From NCBI RefSeq assembly GCF_963921235.1, contig NC_086108.1, forward strand, positions 23,126,001-23,190,000: a DNA stretch of 64,000 nucleotides. Direction: 5' to 3'. A program made the position numbers and the translations under genes. The notes beneath the pieces are model-generated. The model was not told where the DNA came from. It made no database searches and saw only the letters and a program-made list of their open reading frames with translations. Positions within the stretch are counted from its first letter, which is position 1. Every line of letters starts with the position of its first letter. Of this stretch, positions 13,031 to 25,465 are shown piece by piece. Source of the stretch: Mobula hypostoma (taxonomy: Eukaryota).

Positions 13031-16000
13031 TATCTTCATCAGGACTCCCGATGAAGGATCTTGGCCCAAAACATTGACTGTTTATTCTTTTCCATACATG
13101 CTACCTGTCCTGCTGAGTTCTTCCAGCATTTTGTGTGTGTTGCTCTGGATTTTCAGCATCTACAGATTTTCTCATGTTTATGATTACCCGTCAACCATCT
13201 GGCTCATGAACCAGTGAGGATAACCTCACTCACATCAACACGGAACTGATTTCACAACCTATGGACTCACTTTCAAGGACCCTACAACTCATGTACCCAG
13301 TATCTATTATTTATTATTATTTTGTTTTTTCTTTTTTTTGTATATGCACCATCTGTTGTCCTTTGCACATTGGTTGTTTGCCCATATTTGTGTGCATTTT
13401 TCATTGATTCTATTGTGTTCCTTCTTAGTTACTGTGAATGCCCACAAGAAAATGAATCACAGGATAGTACATGGTGACATATATGTACTTGATAATAAAT
13501 TTACTTTGAACTTTGAAGTCATTGGGTATATTTAAAGTGGCGGTTGATAGCTTCTTTATTAATAAGGATGTCAAAGTTTTCAGGGAAAAGACAGGAGAAT
13601 GGGGTTGAGAGGAAATATAAATAAGCCATGGTTGAATGGTGGAGCATTCTCAATGGATCAAATGCCCTAGTTCTTATGGTCTTAACACTTGAATATTCAA
13701 GGAAGTACTCATTCAAATGACAACATACTTATTTAAAATATATTGGAATGAAATGTTAAGAAGAAACTATCCCATGAAAATGTGGTTTGTGTTGAATAAG
13801 GCTAGGAAGTGTGTGAAGGAAATGAGTTAATTTTGTCATGTGTTAATTGGAAGTTCAACTAAGATTAGAGGGCTTCACAGTAATTGATCATTCAAAATTG
13901 ATAAAATGGTGTTTTGTAACAGTTGGCAGAGAATTAACCCTGCAGTGTTCAGTTTTTGTTGAAGTTCAAAGGGAGTTTTGCGTTTGAAGTTAATGAAGCC
14001 TGTTTTTCATGCAAGTACACAATGGTTCATCACCCATTCCCCATTCTTGATACTAGATGTCCTTTCTGGTACCTTTGGGTGACAACCTATCCCAGGTGCT
14101 AAAATGACTTTGTCTTTGATGTTCTAATAGGTGAGGACACTTTGCTTTGCACTTTACACTTTTTTTTGTCTCCAAACTACTTGCACCTGATTAGACACCT
14201 AAGTTTAATGGTTTCAGTGGCAATTCTGGCATCAGCTTTTTGCCACACTGTGGGCCACGACAGTGGAAAACCATGAGGAATCGTAATGTTGGCAAAATCA
14301 CTCCTTCTTTCTTGTAGAATTCCTAGGTGCTGCACAGCAGTTCCTTTACTTGAAATAGTTTATTTCAAATACAATTTCACAAAAATGGTATTGACTTCAA
14401 AGGTGAGATTTCTCCATTTCTTGCTCTCCTTCTCCCTCTTTCTCTCTCTGTAGTGAAGTGCGGGTGGTCTGCAGTTCACCCTGAATAAATCTACTTTGCC
14501 TGTGGTCAGCAGGGGTGGCAAACTTTTAAAGCAATGTTGCATTCATTTCTAAAATAGTGTGCCAATCCATTGTGCCATCCAGTCTAATTGTGGTTGTCCA
14601 CCAATTCCATGTATCAATGCTAATCAAAATGAACCAGTTTCTTACTTCCTTACCATCTTTTTTTTCCTGTGGAGTTCTGATTTCTCTGAGTGACGCTGTA
14701 ATGGTTCAAGGAATGTCTGAAGGTGAGCCAGCACACTAGAGAATCTCCACAGGAGTGGCTTGATAGTACAAGTAGATACAGACATGGTAATGCTAACTTA
14801 CGTTACTTGCAATGATGATGACAAGCAACTGAAGGACTACTAAACCTGTCTGGATGCTAAATTATCCACTTACGTATACACAATCGGATGGACAAATTGA
14901 AATAGGACTGGCTCCAGAGTCAAACCTCCTGGTATGTCAGTAAGTCTTCATGTGGTGATTTGGCAGTACTGCTGTTTCACTAAGTTTTGGATGGCTTTGT
15001 CGGAGAGTCCTGTGGGACAGTTTGCTTTAGACAGTTTATATCTTGTACCTTGGCTGAATCTAGAGTGAAACTCAGATTTATTCAACAGACAGACCTGGCG
15101 GAGGAATTTTGAGCTTCCCTTCAAATATTAACCTGCTTCTTTCAAGGCATGCAGTTAACACAGGGCAGAAACTGTGAAAGGGCACCTAAATCAAATGAAA
15201 TTATTAACAACACTAAGCTTTGCCCATATATGAAAAGTATATGACATGTTTAGATTCTTTTCAGCTCTTCTTAATTTGTAGGAGGTAATGAAGGTCTCTT
15301 ATTCAATTTGAAGTTAACCCTTCAATTGCTTTTGTTATTACCACCATACAAATAGTACTCCAATGCCAGAGTCGAAGAATTAATCTTATAATGGGGATTG
15401 GGCAAGCTGGACTTTTAATTTGATCAGCATGCAGACTACCATAAGGTTGATGCTGCTGGGAACTCCAGATCTGATGCCCACTCAATGCCAATCTGATCCA
15501 GCCGTGATAGACTTGGTCTCACTTATTTCTGTGCTGCAAACACTGGCAGTGTTTCAACAATGACTCTTCCAGACCTTCACATTCTGTAAAGAACCTCTTC
15601 CATTTGACCTTATACCAGTCTGTTGTTCTGAACTCTTGCTCAGTGGCTGGTGACAGTCTGTATGTTTCCATCAGGCTATTGAGTAGATCTACAGAGAATC
15701 TTACCTGAGATTACATCTTTACAGAATATCCAGTGATGTTAGATAGTGTCAGGAGGCAAAACTGGCGTCTTGTTTGTGGCATTGCTTTTGGAAATAGCAC
15801 CTTGTTCCCTATAGCTGCCCCGCGACTGTGGTGTACAGTACATTTGAAAGTGATAGGTATGCGATTGAGCCAACAACTCGTGAGGAACTTTCTCTTATAT
15901 TTATGAATGTGAATCCTTGAAATGTTTTCTGATATTATTCATTAATTGTTCCTGAGTGGGCAAAATCTCCTTTCCTATCCCACCAACATAAACTTACGCT

Positions 16001-17971
16001 TTGATCCAATTCCTTTGACGAATGCATAGAATTATCACCACAGCTCCTAACATGAGCTCACCCTCCAAAGCCTCTGCCCCGAGCCCCAGTCTACATTGCA
16101 AATACAAAATCTTCAACAGCGTCGCTCTCACTTTTCAAAAATACACAAGTATGAAACAGCGAGACAGTGTTTAATCTGGTCGCTGCTTTATTTATTTTCG
16201 AAGTTCAGTTATGGGGAGCAGAGATTTGAAGCAAAGCTCGAAGGGCACGCTGCGTGTCCGTGACATCACGGGCCCGTGGCAGAGAGTGCTTTAATTCCCA
16301 GCATTGCCTGCCCGCAACTCCAGTAAAAAGGGCAGTCTCCAGGTTCAATCCGGGCCGCGACACAGCCTCCTACTGCGGGCAACACGTACCCAAAAGGGGC
16401 CTCAGCTCGCCGACTAATTGGCAGTCCACTTTGTTTATATCAGGAAAGATGTGTTACTGTAACTTCAGTTCCTAGTTAAACACGATTCGTTTCAAACGGT
16501 GCATGCGATTCTTTTTTTCAAAAGCAAAAAGAAATCAAAATGAAATCAGAACCCATCCGAATTTGATCTATCCTAGGAAGCTCGTCTCAAATCAGCGGCC
16601 GAAGTCCACTTGATTCTGGAAGTTGGGGTTTGGAAACGAGCTTTCAAAGCGCGGGTCAGCGGATGGCGGTGTCTTGACCGCCTATGTACACGCGCAGGGC
16701 AGACCCGGCGACCATTCACCAATTTCACTTTTAACTCGCCCCAGAAACTCACCTCGAAAATTAATATCTACGAATTGCAGGGTCGGCTGGCATTCAAGCA
16801 TTCGCCTACTTATCTTTATCTAACCAGACGTCACTGTAATTATGTGTCTTCCCTATACCTGTGTGTGTCCAATCTATCCAGATTTCTTTGCACGAATACA
16901 GATGTGTACATTTGACTGCATTCATCTAGACTTGAGGATCCCCGTTGCCTCTTTATGTGGATATCCGTGTGTATGAATTGTAATTCTTTCTAAACATACG
17001 CGAATAAATGTCCGACGTCAACGTGTGTGTGCGTGTCTTTGTGCCTGTGTGTTTAATCATACTTGTTGTGTTCTGTCTCGGAGGTGTGTGTGTGTATGTG
17101 TGTGTGTGTGTTCCTATGCATTGTGTACCGATGAGTTCGTCTGTATGTTTTTGCGTTCACTTGAGTGTGCTTATGTTTATGTTGCGGATTTGTAGCTGTA
17201 TTTATGCCAATATCCCGGTGCGTGCTTGTCTCCTTGTGCTTCAGAGAAACCGTGGCGAAGTTTGGACCGCTCCGAACAGTACGCGACCGGGGTAGGACGA
17301 GCAGCCGAGAGTCAGGGGGACCAGCCCTCCGCAGGAGCCACTCGTGAGGCTGGCGCAGATAACCTGGCGCCCGGGAACGCTCGCAAAGAAACTCTCGCCG
17401 GCAAGAGGAGGAGCGCTTTAAATTCTTTTCCTTCTATTCTTCAGCGCCAGGTTATCTGGCTGAGTTGGATAGCTGATGGCACCCTGCATTAATTTCTGCA
17501 TCTCCGCGATGTTTTATAGAGACAGACATCTCTCTTCCTCACACACATGCACCCACCCACCCACTGAAACAATGAAGAATAGATGTAGATGTGCCAAGAA
17601 GATAAAAGCAGGATACTCGAAAGGGAGCAGAATGTAGGAGAGAAACGCGATCCAAAGAGAGCAGAGTATAAAAAAAGGCCAACCTGCGCTTTGGAGAGCA
17701 AAGATCTGAGTGAGTGTGAAAGGCAGGTCCGCTCACTCAATGCCAACGCAAATCTAGCAATAGATGCACCCCAGTAGTGATTCAACTGCGGGGATTCTGT
17801 CTTTCAGGGGAGAGGTAGTCTCAAATTCAGTGGATTAAAAAGGGTAAGGAAAAATAAATCAGCTGCAAGAAAAAAACCCAGAAAGTTTGTTTTTTTAACT
17901 AGAGGTTACCTTAGTTTATAGAGGACCAGGGATTGTCCTGCACCCTCACACCTTTGCGGGCGGTAGTCATC

Positions 17972-18584
17972 ATGCTGACCCTCGGCTTCCTATTTGCCCT
18001 GTGCGCTTCACTGGAGTTGCTGACATTCAGCTCGCCAGTCCGGGCGAGCTCGCATCGCCGCTACAAGAGGGCTCTGGCTGCCCGCGCCGAGTCCAGTCCC
18101 AGTCCCAGTCCCAGCCCCGGAGAGCAGCGCTGCTGGCCGGCAGAGAAGAGAGGCTGGGGCCGGCGAGTTGCCTCCACAGCCCAGCTCGCTCTGTACCCGT
18201 GGGCTGCGGAGTATGGACACCCGGAAGGCTGGAGCCGGGCGAGGAGCAGCTCATATCCTGATGGGAGCAGCCTGTACCTGGGCGGGGAGAGCAGCGGATA
18301 TCCCAGCGAGTGCGGCGGAGCTGCGGCCGCCAGGGGTTTCGGCTACCCCGGCGGAGGCAGCGGCTCGGCGGCGGCAGACAGCGCCGGAGGCGGCTTGCCA
18401 GCACCTCGAGGGTGGTCGTCGGGACCGGCGGAGTGCGACCCCTCCGTTGTCACGGCTGTCTATCTGTCCGGCGACAAGGGACGCCTGCAGCTGCGGCGAG
18501 ACTCAATAATGCCCCGGGGACGCTTCACCGCCGAGATGTGGCTGAAGCCCGAGGGAGGGCAGAACAACCCGGCTATCGTGGCAG
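17972..18584 (+). CDS. PAPPA2: Pappalysin-2 (PAPP-A2) first coding exon: signal peptide, propeptide and start of the LamG-like domain
   Basis: The ATG at 17972 has A at -3 and opens a hydrophobic signal peptide ([20 protein letters not shown]). 'GEQRCW..LALYP' resembles human PAPPA2 'EGERCW..FGVYP'. '[25 protein letters not shown]' matches PAPPA2 '[25 protein letters not shown]' better than PAPPA 'LRAEGGQRSPAVITG' (human sequences recalled). The exon ends at GCAG|GTAAGG in phase 1. Confidence 0.92.
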
Positions 18585-18590
18585 GTAAGG
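18585..18590 (+). other. PAPPA2: 5' splice donor of the PAPPA2 intron
   Basis: CAG|GTAAGG lies exactly where pappalysin similarity stops (..PAIVA-G). No ORF in the window resembles the expected next exon (VFDNCSH..), so the intron probably extends beyond 64000. Confidence 0.88.
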
Positions 18591-19994
18591 GCGGGACGCC
18601 AATGAACACCCCACAACACACCTCAATACCTTCAGACAGCCCACCGACAACACCAACGCTACAGTTTCACCAGGGGCATAGCAAGTGCTAACACTGCACG
18701 CATTTCCGGGCCATCACCTGAAACAACTCACACTTCCTCAGGAAAACATATACTACATGCTCACCTGGCGCAACACCTGTAATCCTTCTATATCCACTAG
18801 AAGGACATCCTCTGTGACAACTCTACACCCACATCTGTATCAACTAGACACTAAAAACAGGAAAATTATTGGTTTCAACTCATAACCACAGCAGAAACAT
18901 TATCTATACCAAATCCAACCCCACGCCCGAGAAGTCATTGTACACTGGATACTAACAACAGAGACACTAACACCAGACACTAACAATACGCTTCACAACC
19001 ACAACTGGGTAGCAACTATTCAGACAAACCAGGGGCATGATCAGTACTAGTATTATACACACAGCTGTGGCACTACTGCATCACAGACATCAGCACTACT
19101 CACATCATGGACAACAGCGCTGCCAAAACTTCACGCTCATGCTAGGGACACCAGCTGTACCGACTCTATATGCACAGCAGGAAAATCACGTGTAACAACT
19201 CGCACTGTACCACTGTGACTCCCACATCAGGAACACCACCGTTTAAACTTTACACTTACATCAACTGTAACAACTCAGCCATGACAGGAATATCACTCGT
19301 TTCGACTCTACACCCATGCCAGGACTTCACAACCACAACAGGTTCATCTGTGTGAACTATAAATTCACACCGGGAACAACGACTGCAGCAGCTCACAGGT
19401 GTCTCTGGGCTATCAACTCTACCAACTCTACACCAATACCGGACTTCACTAGTGCCAGCTTTAAACCTACAACAGGGATATTACCTGTAAGATCTTTATA
19501 CTGAAGTAAGCAATATCATTTGCACTAATTACGGATCCACATGAGGAAGGACTGTGTAACAGCCTTTCACTCACACCATGGACATCACCAGTCTTAACAT
19601 CTCACACACATGCACACACCTATGATACTGCCTGTGCCAACAACACATTTACACCACATATCAGCAATATATGCATATATTTTGCACTCCAGCCACACAT
19701 ACATTCAAGGGACATCACCTGTGCCAACTCTACAGACAAACCAGGGACATCATCCATAATAACTCACACTCACACCTGGGTCATCTCTTGTACCAAATCT
19801 GCAACCACAGCAGGGACATTATTTGTACAGACACTGTGCCCAACAGCAGGCACATCACCTGTAACAATTTCACACCCACAACAGGCTCATCAGCTGTAAG
19901 ATCTTTACATTCAGCCAAGCAACTTTGCACATACATGAGGGGCTTTTCATGTAACAGCTTTCCACTTACACCACAGACAACATTGTGATAGCAC

Positions 19995-19997
<3 letters not shown>

Positions 19998-20037
<40 letters not shown>
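19998..20037 (+). repeat. (AC)n microsatellite
   Basis: Perfect AC dinucleotide run of about 20 units. Confidence 0.95.
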
Positions 20038-20040
<3 letters not shown>

Positions 20041-21269
20041 TATCTGGGACACCTTCTGCACCAGTGTTATACCCAAACAATAGACATCACCTGTACCAAC
20101 ATTACTTTAACACCTAGAATGTCACCCGTATCAATATTACACCAAGGATATCAGTTGTACCAGTGTAGCACTACCTGCACCAAGGTTACACTCACACCAC
20201 AGACTTCTGTACCATCACTGTACTAAAACACAATGAATTCCAAATGTACCAACATTGCATTCACACAACAGTTATACCAATATCACACTCATACCAAGGA
20301 CTCTGTCTGTACAGACTACACCTTTACCAGGGATATCATTTGTACCAAATCAACACCCACATGAGTGATATCACCTTCAACATCACATCGATACCAGGAA
20401 CCTTATCTGTCCCAACTTCACACTCACATCTGGTACCAACTCTAGATGTGTATCAATGCATTGATTGCAGCAACTTTATGCACACAACACAGACATCAAT
20501 TACATCATCTACTTCTGCATGGCAGCAATATCTCCTATACCAACATCATGCCCTCAATAGCTGTCCTGTACCATGACACACTAGTACCCAGTGGCATCAC
20601 CTGTACCAACCACACATCCACAAAAATGAAGTGACTTGCACAACCAACACATACGTACCAAGAGCATAACCTGTTCCATCTTTACACCACACAGGGACAT
20701 CACCTCTATATCTAAATGCTCACACTAGGGGTATTGCCTGTATGAATATTACATGAATACCAGGGATATCTCCTGTATTAATTTAAGCCTGCACCAGGAG
20801 CATTGGATGTAAGAACTTTACACTCAACCAAGCAATACCATGTGCACCAACTTTGACCTATATAATACAGATGTCATGCACGGTCCTTGACTCATACTAC
20901 ATACATCACCTGCACTAATTTAGTCATTCCCACATGTGACGCTACCTGTACCATTGTTATACTTCCTTCATAGACATCACCTGTAGCAATGTTGCACCCA
21001 CACCAAGGATAGCACCTTCTCCATCATCACTGCTGACCATTCAACCACGACAGTGGCACTGCCTGTACTAACTTTACTCCCACAATACATTTACCATAAT
21101 ACCCTTAACACCAGGGATTTCCCTGTATTACCAATGCATTGACACAAAAGGTATCGCCCATCTGCTCCAGTGTTGAACTCACATTAGGGATGTTACGTGT
21201 GCCAATTTTTATCACAGCAGGGACATCAGCTGTGCCAACTTAATATCAATATGAGTATATAACATCTAT

Positions 21270-21640
21270 GCGTGGAGCCAAAAGAGTTGGAGGAGACCTT
21301 AAATGGTTTTTTTTGCATCTGTATTTACTTGGGAGATGGACACAGAGTTTCTAGAAGTGAGGCAAATCAGCAGTGAGGTCATAGACTACACAGATTTCAG
21401 AGGGGGAAGTGTTTGCTGCATTGAGGCAAATTAGGGTGAATAAATCCTCAGGGACTGACAAGGTGTTCACTCGGACCCTGTGGGAGGCAAGAGCAGAAAT
21501 TGCCAGGGCCTTAACAGAGATATTTAGACTCTTACCGATAGGTGAGGTAGCAGAGGATTGGAGGACAGCTAATGTTCCACTGCTTAAGAAAGGCTCTAAA
21601 ATAAACCAGGAAGTTATAGGCCAGCGAGCCTGACATCAAT
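21270..21640 (+). mobile_element. CR1-like LINE RT fragment
   Basis: ORF 21409-21633 'IRVNKSSGTDKVFTRTLWEARAEIARAL..EDWRTANVPLLKKG' is the CR1 region just upstream of the RT core. Confidence 0.8.
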
Positions 21641-22737
21641 AACACAAAATAATCTGCAGATGCTGTTGTCAAAGGAACACTCACAATGCGCTGGAGGAAC
21701 TCAGCAGGTCAGTCAGCATCAGTTGAAAAGATTAGTCCACGTTTTGGGCCGAAACCCTTCGTCAGGACTGAAGGAAGAACTTTGGGGAGGGTTTGAAGAA
21801 TGCTGGTAGTTGAAAAAAACAGTAATTTTAAAGACAAAGGGGTGGGGGAGGGGAAGCAGGGAGGTGATTGGCAGGAGAACAATGCGAAGTAGTAGAAGGA
21901 GGCGGAACTATGAGGGAGGTGATGTAAAATAGGGATAGAGGAAGGGAGGGGGAGGGAATTACTGGAAGTTGGAGAATTCTATGTTCATACCAAGGGGCTG
22001 GAGACTACCTAGACGGTATATGAGGTGTTGCTCCGCCAACCTGAGTTTAGCTTCATCATGGCAATAGAGGAGGCCATGTATGGACATATCTGAATGGGAA
22101 TGGGAAGCAGAGTTGAAGTGGATGGCTACCGGGAGATCCTGTCTGTTGTGGCGGACGGAGTGGAGGTGCTCGACGAAGCGGTCCCCCAATCTGCATCGGG
22201 TTTCACCGATGTAGAGGAGGCCGCACCGGGAGCACCGGATGCAATAGATGACCCCAACAGATTCGCAAGTGAAGTGTTGCCTCACCTGGAAGGACTGTTT
22301 GTGGCTTTGAATGGTGGCAAGATAGGAGGTGTAGGGACAGGTGTAGCACTTATGCTTACAGGCATAAGTGCTGGGTGGGAGATCCGTGGGGATAGACGTG
22401 CGGATAAGTGAGTCATGGAGGGATCGATCCGTGCGGAAAGCGGAGAGGGGTGGAGAGGGAAAGATGTGCTTAGTGATGGGGTCCTGTTGAAGGTGGCGGA
22501 AGTTGCAGAGGATAATGTGCTGGATCCGGAGGCTGGAGGGGTGGTAGGAGAGGACAAGGGGAACTCTGTCCCTGTTGTAGTGGTGGGAAGATGGGATGAG
22601 GGCCGAAGTGCGGGAAATGGAGGAAATGCGGGTGAGGGCATCATTGATCACCGTAGGAGGGAAACCATGATCCTTAAAGAAGGAGGACATTTGAGATGTC
22701 CTGGAACGGAAAGCCTCATCTTAGGAGCAGATGCAGC
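21640..22737 (-). mobile_element. Penelope-like element 3' portion with GIY-YIG endonuclease (left arm of an inverted pair)
   Basis: ORF 21959-22690 reads 'CKHKCYTCPY..FTCESVGVIYCIRCSRCGLLYIGETRCRLGDRFVEH..VAIHFN..EQHLIYRLGSLQPLGMN', a GIY-YIG domain with a Cys-rich linker. A 3' UTR and terminal repeat with a decayed hammerhead lie at 21734-21769. Confidence 0.9.
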
Positions 22738-22997
22738 TTTTGCAAATATTCAATGAAGCATTAATAATGAAAATGTGATTTATGAAAATGCTGTCCTCAG
22801 AATGTCTTTTACTCACGAATCAGTGAAGCTAATTCAGGGCCTTCAGTTCTTCATTTTCTGTAGGTATCCTTCATATACTTGTAAACAAAGTGCCCATCTC
22901 CCCAATGACATCATCTGAGTGGATGCATTTAAATATCTAGAGCAGCAAAAACATTTAAATATTCTCTCTCTTCCAGATCCTGACTTTCATTCAAACC

Positions 22998-23222
22998 TGA
23001 GAAAATCTGCAGATGCTGGAAATCCAAAGCAACACACACAAAATGTTAGAGGAACTCAACAGGCCAGGCAGCATCGATGGAAAAGAGTAAGCAGTTGATG
23101 TTTTGGGCTCAGACCCTTCACCAGTCCTGAAGAAGGGTCTTGGCCCAAAACATTGACTGTTCATTCTTCTGCATCGATGCTGCCCGACTTGCTGAGTTCC
23201 TCCAGCATTTTGTGTGTGTTGG
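22998..23222. mobile_element. Short fold-back element made of two inverted Penelope-like termini
   Basis: 'acacacacaaaatgttagaggaactcaacaggccaggcagcatcgatg..gacccttca' is followed by its reverse complement 'tgaagaagggtc..catcgatgctgcccgacttgctgagttcctccagcattttgtgtgtgt'. Confidence 0.8.
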
Positions 23223-23229
23223 CTTCACT

Positions 23230-24275
23230 CAAATCTCCCACCCCGCCACATGCAAAAATGCCATTCCCTATTCCCAGTTCCTCCGTCTCCGCCGCATCCG
23301 CTCCGAGGATGAGGCTTTCCATTCCAGGACATCTCAAATGTCCTCTTTCTTTCAGGATCGTGGTTTCCCTTCTACTGCCATCAAGGATGCCCTCACCCGC
23401 ATCTCCTCCATTTCCCGCACTTCGGCTCTCACCCCATCCTCCCGCCACCACAACAGGGACAGAGTTCCCCTTGTCCTCACCTACCACTCCACTAGCATCC
23501 GGATCCAGCACATTATCCTTCGCAACTTCTGCCACCTTCAACAGGACCCCACCACTAAGCACATCTTTTCCTCTCCACCCCTCTCCGCTTTACTCAGGGA
23601 TCGATCCCTCCGCGACTCCCTTATCCACATGTCCATCCCCACTGATCTCCCACCCGGCACTTATCCCTGTAGGCGTTAATTGCTACACCGGTCCCTACAC
23701 CTCATCTCTTGCCACCATTCAGGGCCCCAAACAGTCATTCCAGGTGAGGCAACACTTCACTTCAGAGTCTGTTGGGGTCATCTATTGCATCCGGTGCTCC
23801 CGGTGCGGCCTCCTCTACATCGGTGAAACCCAACGCAGATTGGGGGACTGCTTCACCGAGCACCTCCAGTCCATCCACCACAACAGACAGGATTTCCCAG
23901 TAGCCACCCACTTCAACTCTGCTTCCCATTCCCATTCAGATATGTCCATACATGGCCTCCTTTACTGCCATGATGAGGCTAAACTCAGGTTGGAGGAGCA
24001 ACACCTCATATACCATCTAGGTAGTCTCCAGCCCCTTGGTATGAACATAGAATTCTCCAACTTCCGGTAATTCCCTCCCCCTCCCTTCCGCTATCCCTAT
24101 TTTACATCACCTCCCTCATAGTTCCACCTCCTTCTACTACTTTGCATTGTTCTCATGCCAATCACCTCCCTGCTTCCTCCCCCACCCTTTTGTCTTTAAA
24201 ATTACTGTTCTTTTCAACTACCAGCATTCTTCAAACCCTCCCCAATGTTCTTCCTTCAGTCCCGACGAAGGGTTT
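23230..24275 (+). mobile_element. Penelope-like element 3' portion with GIY-YIG endonuclease (right arm of an inverted pair)
   Basis: 'KNAIPYSQFLRLRRI' (PLE RT C-terminal region) runs to 'VIYCIRCSRCGLLYIGETQRRLGDCFTEH..GMNIEFSNFR*' with one frameshift near 23675. It is a close inverted copy of 21760-22737. Confidence 0.9.
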
Positions 24276-24589
24276 CCCGAATGCAAGCTCGATTTTAAAA
24301 TTTAAGAGAAGTTTATGTAGGTACATGGATGGTAGGGGTACAGAGGGCTATGGTCTGGGTGCAGTTCAATGGGACTAGGTAGCTCAAATGGTTTGGCAGG
24401 ACTAGTTGGGCTGAAGGGCCTGTAATTTTCTGTGCTGTATTTTCTATAAGTCTGTGATTCTGTCTACACCTACAGCAGGTATTTCATTGCTCCAAATTTA
24501 CGTTAATTCCAGTGGCATCACCAAAACCAATTTAACACCTACTGCAGGGATATCAGCTCGGTTAATTCTACACCAATACTAGAGATATA

Positions 24590-25465
24590 AGACCATAAGA
24601 CCATAAAATATAGGAGCAGAATTAGGCCATTTTGGCCCATCAAGTCTACTTGATTTCATCATGGCTGATTCATTTTCCCTCTCAGCCCCAATCTCCTGCC
24701 TTCTTCCCATATCCCTTCATGTCCTGACCATTCAAAAATCTCTCAACCTCTGCCTTAAATATACATAAAGACATGGCCTCCACAATCACTGTGTAATGAA
24801 TTCCATAGTTTCACCACTTTCTGGCTAAAGAAATTCCTCCTTACCTCCATTCTAAAACGGATGGCCCTTTTTCTAAGGCTGTGTCCTCTGGTCCTGGACT
24901 CTCCCACCACAGGAAACATCCTCTCCACATCCACTCTATTGAGGCCTTTTAACATTTGATAGGTTTCAATGAGGTCACTCCTCATTCTTCTGAATTCCAG
25001 TGAGTAAAACCCCAGAGTCATCAAACAGCGTTCATATGACAAGCCATTCAATCCCAGAATCATTTTTGTGCAGTTCCTTTGAACTCTGTCTAGTGTTGGA
25101 ACAGCCTTTCTTAGATAAGCAGCCAAAAACTGCTCACAATACTCCAAGTGAGGCCTCACTAGTGTTTTATAAAGCCTCAAAATTATATCCTTACTTCTAT
25201 ATTCTAGTCTCATGAAATGAATCCTATCATCACATTTGCTTTTCTCACCTGAAAACCTACTCAACCTGCAAATTAGCCTTTGGAGAATCCTGCACAAGGA
25301 CTCCCAAGTTCCTTTGCACCTCAGATTTTTGAATTTTCTCTCCATTTAGAAAATAGTCTACCCTTTTATTTCTTCCTCCAAAATGCATGACCATACATTA
25401 CCTGGCACTGTATTCCATCTGCCTCTTCTTTGCCCAAAATCTGTCTAAATCCTTCAGTAGCCTTT
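24590..25465 (-). mobile_element. CR1-like LINE 3' portion
   Basis: ORF 24755-25345 has 'LYKTLVRPHLEYCEQF..YSLEFRRMRSDLIETY..RTRGHSL..NFFSQKVVKLWNSL' and an (AAGACCAT)n-type tail. Confidence 0.9.

Larger units (their letters stand above)
16100..18600. promoter_or_regulatory. CpG-rich promoter/5' region of PAPPA2
   Basis: CpG density is visibly much higher than in the flanks and the region is free of recognisable TEs. It overlaps the first coding exon. A TATA-like TATAAAA lies at ~17667. Confidence 0.65.

Noticed and set aside
17972..18584. Assignment to PAPPA (pappalysin-1)
   Set aside because: [11 protein letters not shown] and the N-terminal 'E.RCW..YP' block fit PAPPA2 rather than PAPPA as recalled. 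A phylogenetic tree would confirm this.
17933..18691. 252-aa ORF as a complete single-exon gene
   Set aside because: The listed start is a non-ATG codon and the likely start is ATG 17972. Homology ends at the donor at 18585, so the last ~35 codons are intron read-through.
19170..20634. Thr/His-rich ORFs suggesting a mucin-like exon
   Set aside because: They are short, frame-inconsistent products of the ~35-bp degenerate array, whose period is not a multiple of 3.
21734..21769. Active hammerhead in the large PLE left arm (also the motifs at ~23122-23159, ~13045-13080, ~390-425, ~30600 and ~51810-51838)
   Set aside because: Core positions are mutated (GAAA to AAAA and/or loss of the cleavage triplet or ACGU palindrome), so they are treated as relics.
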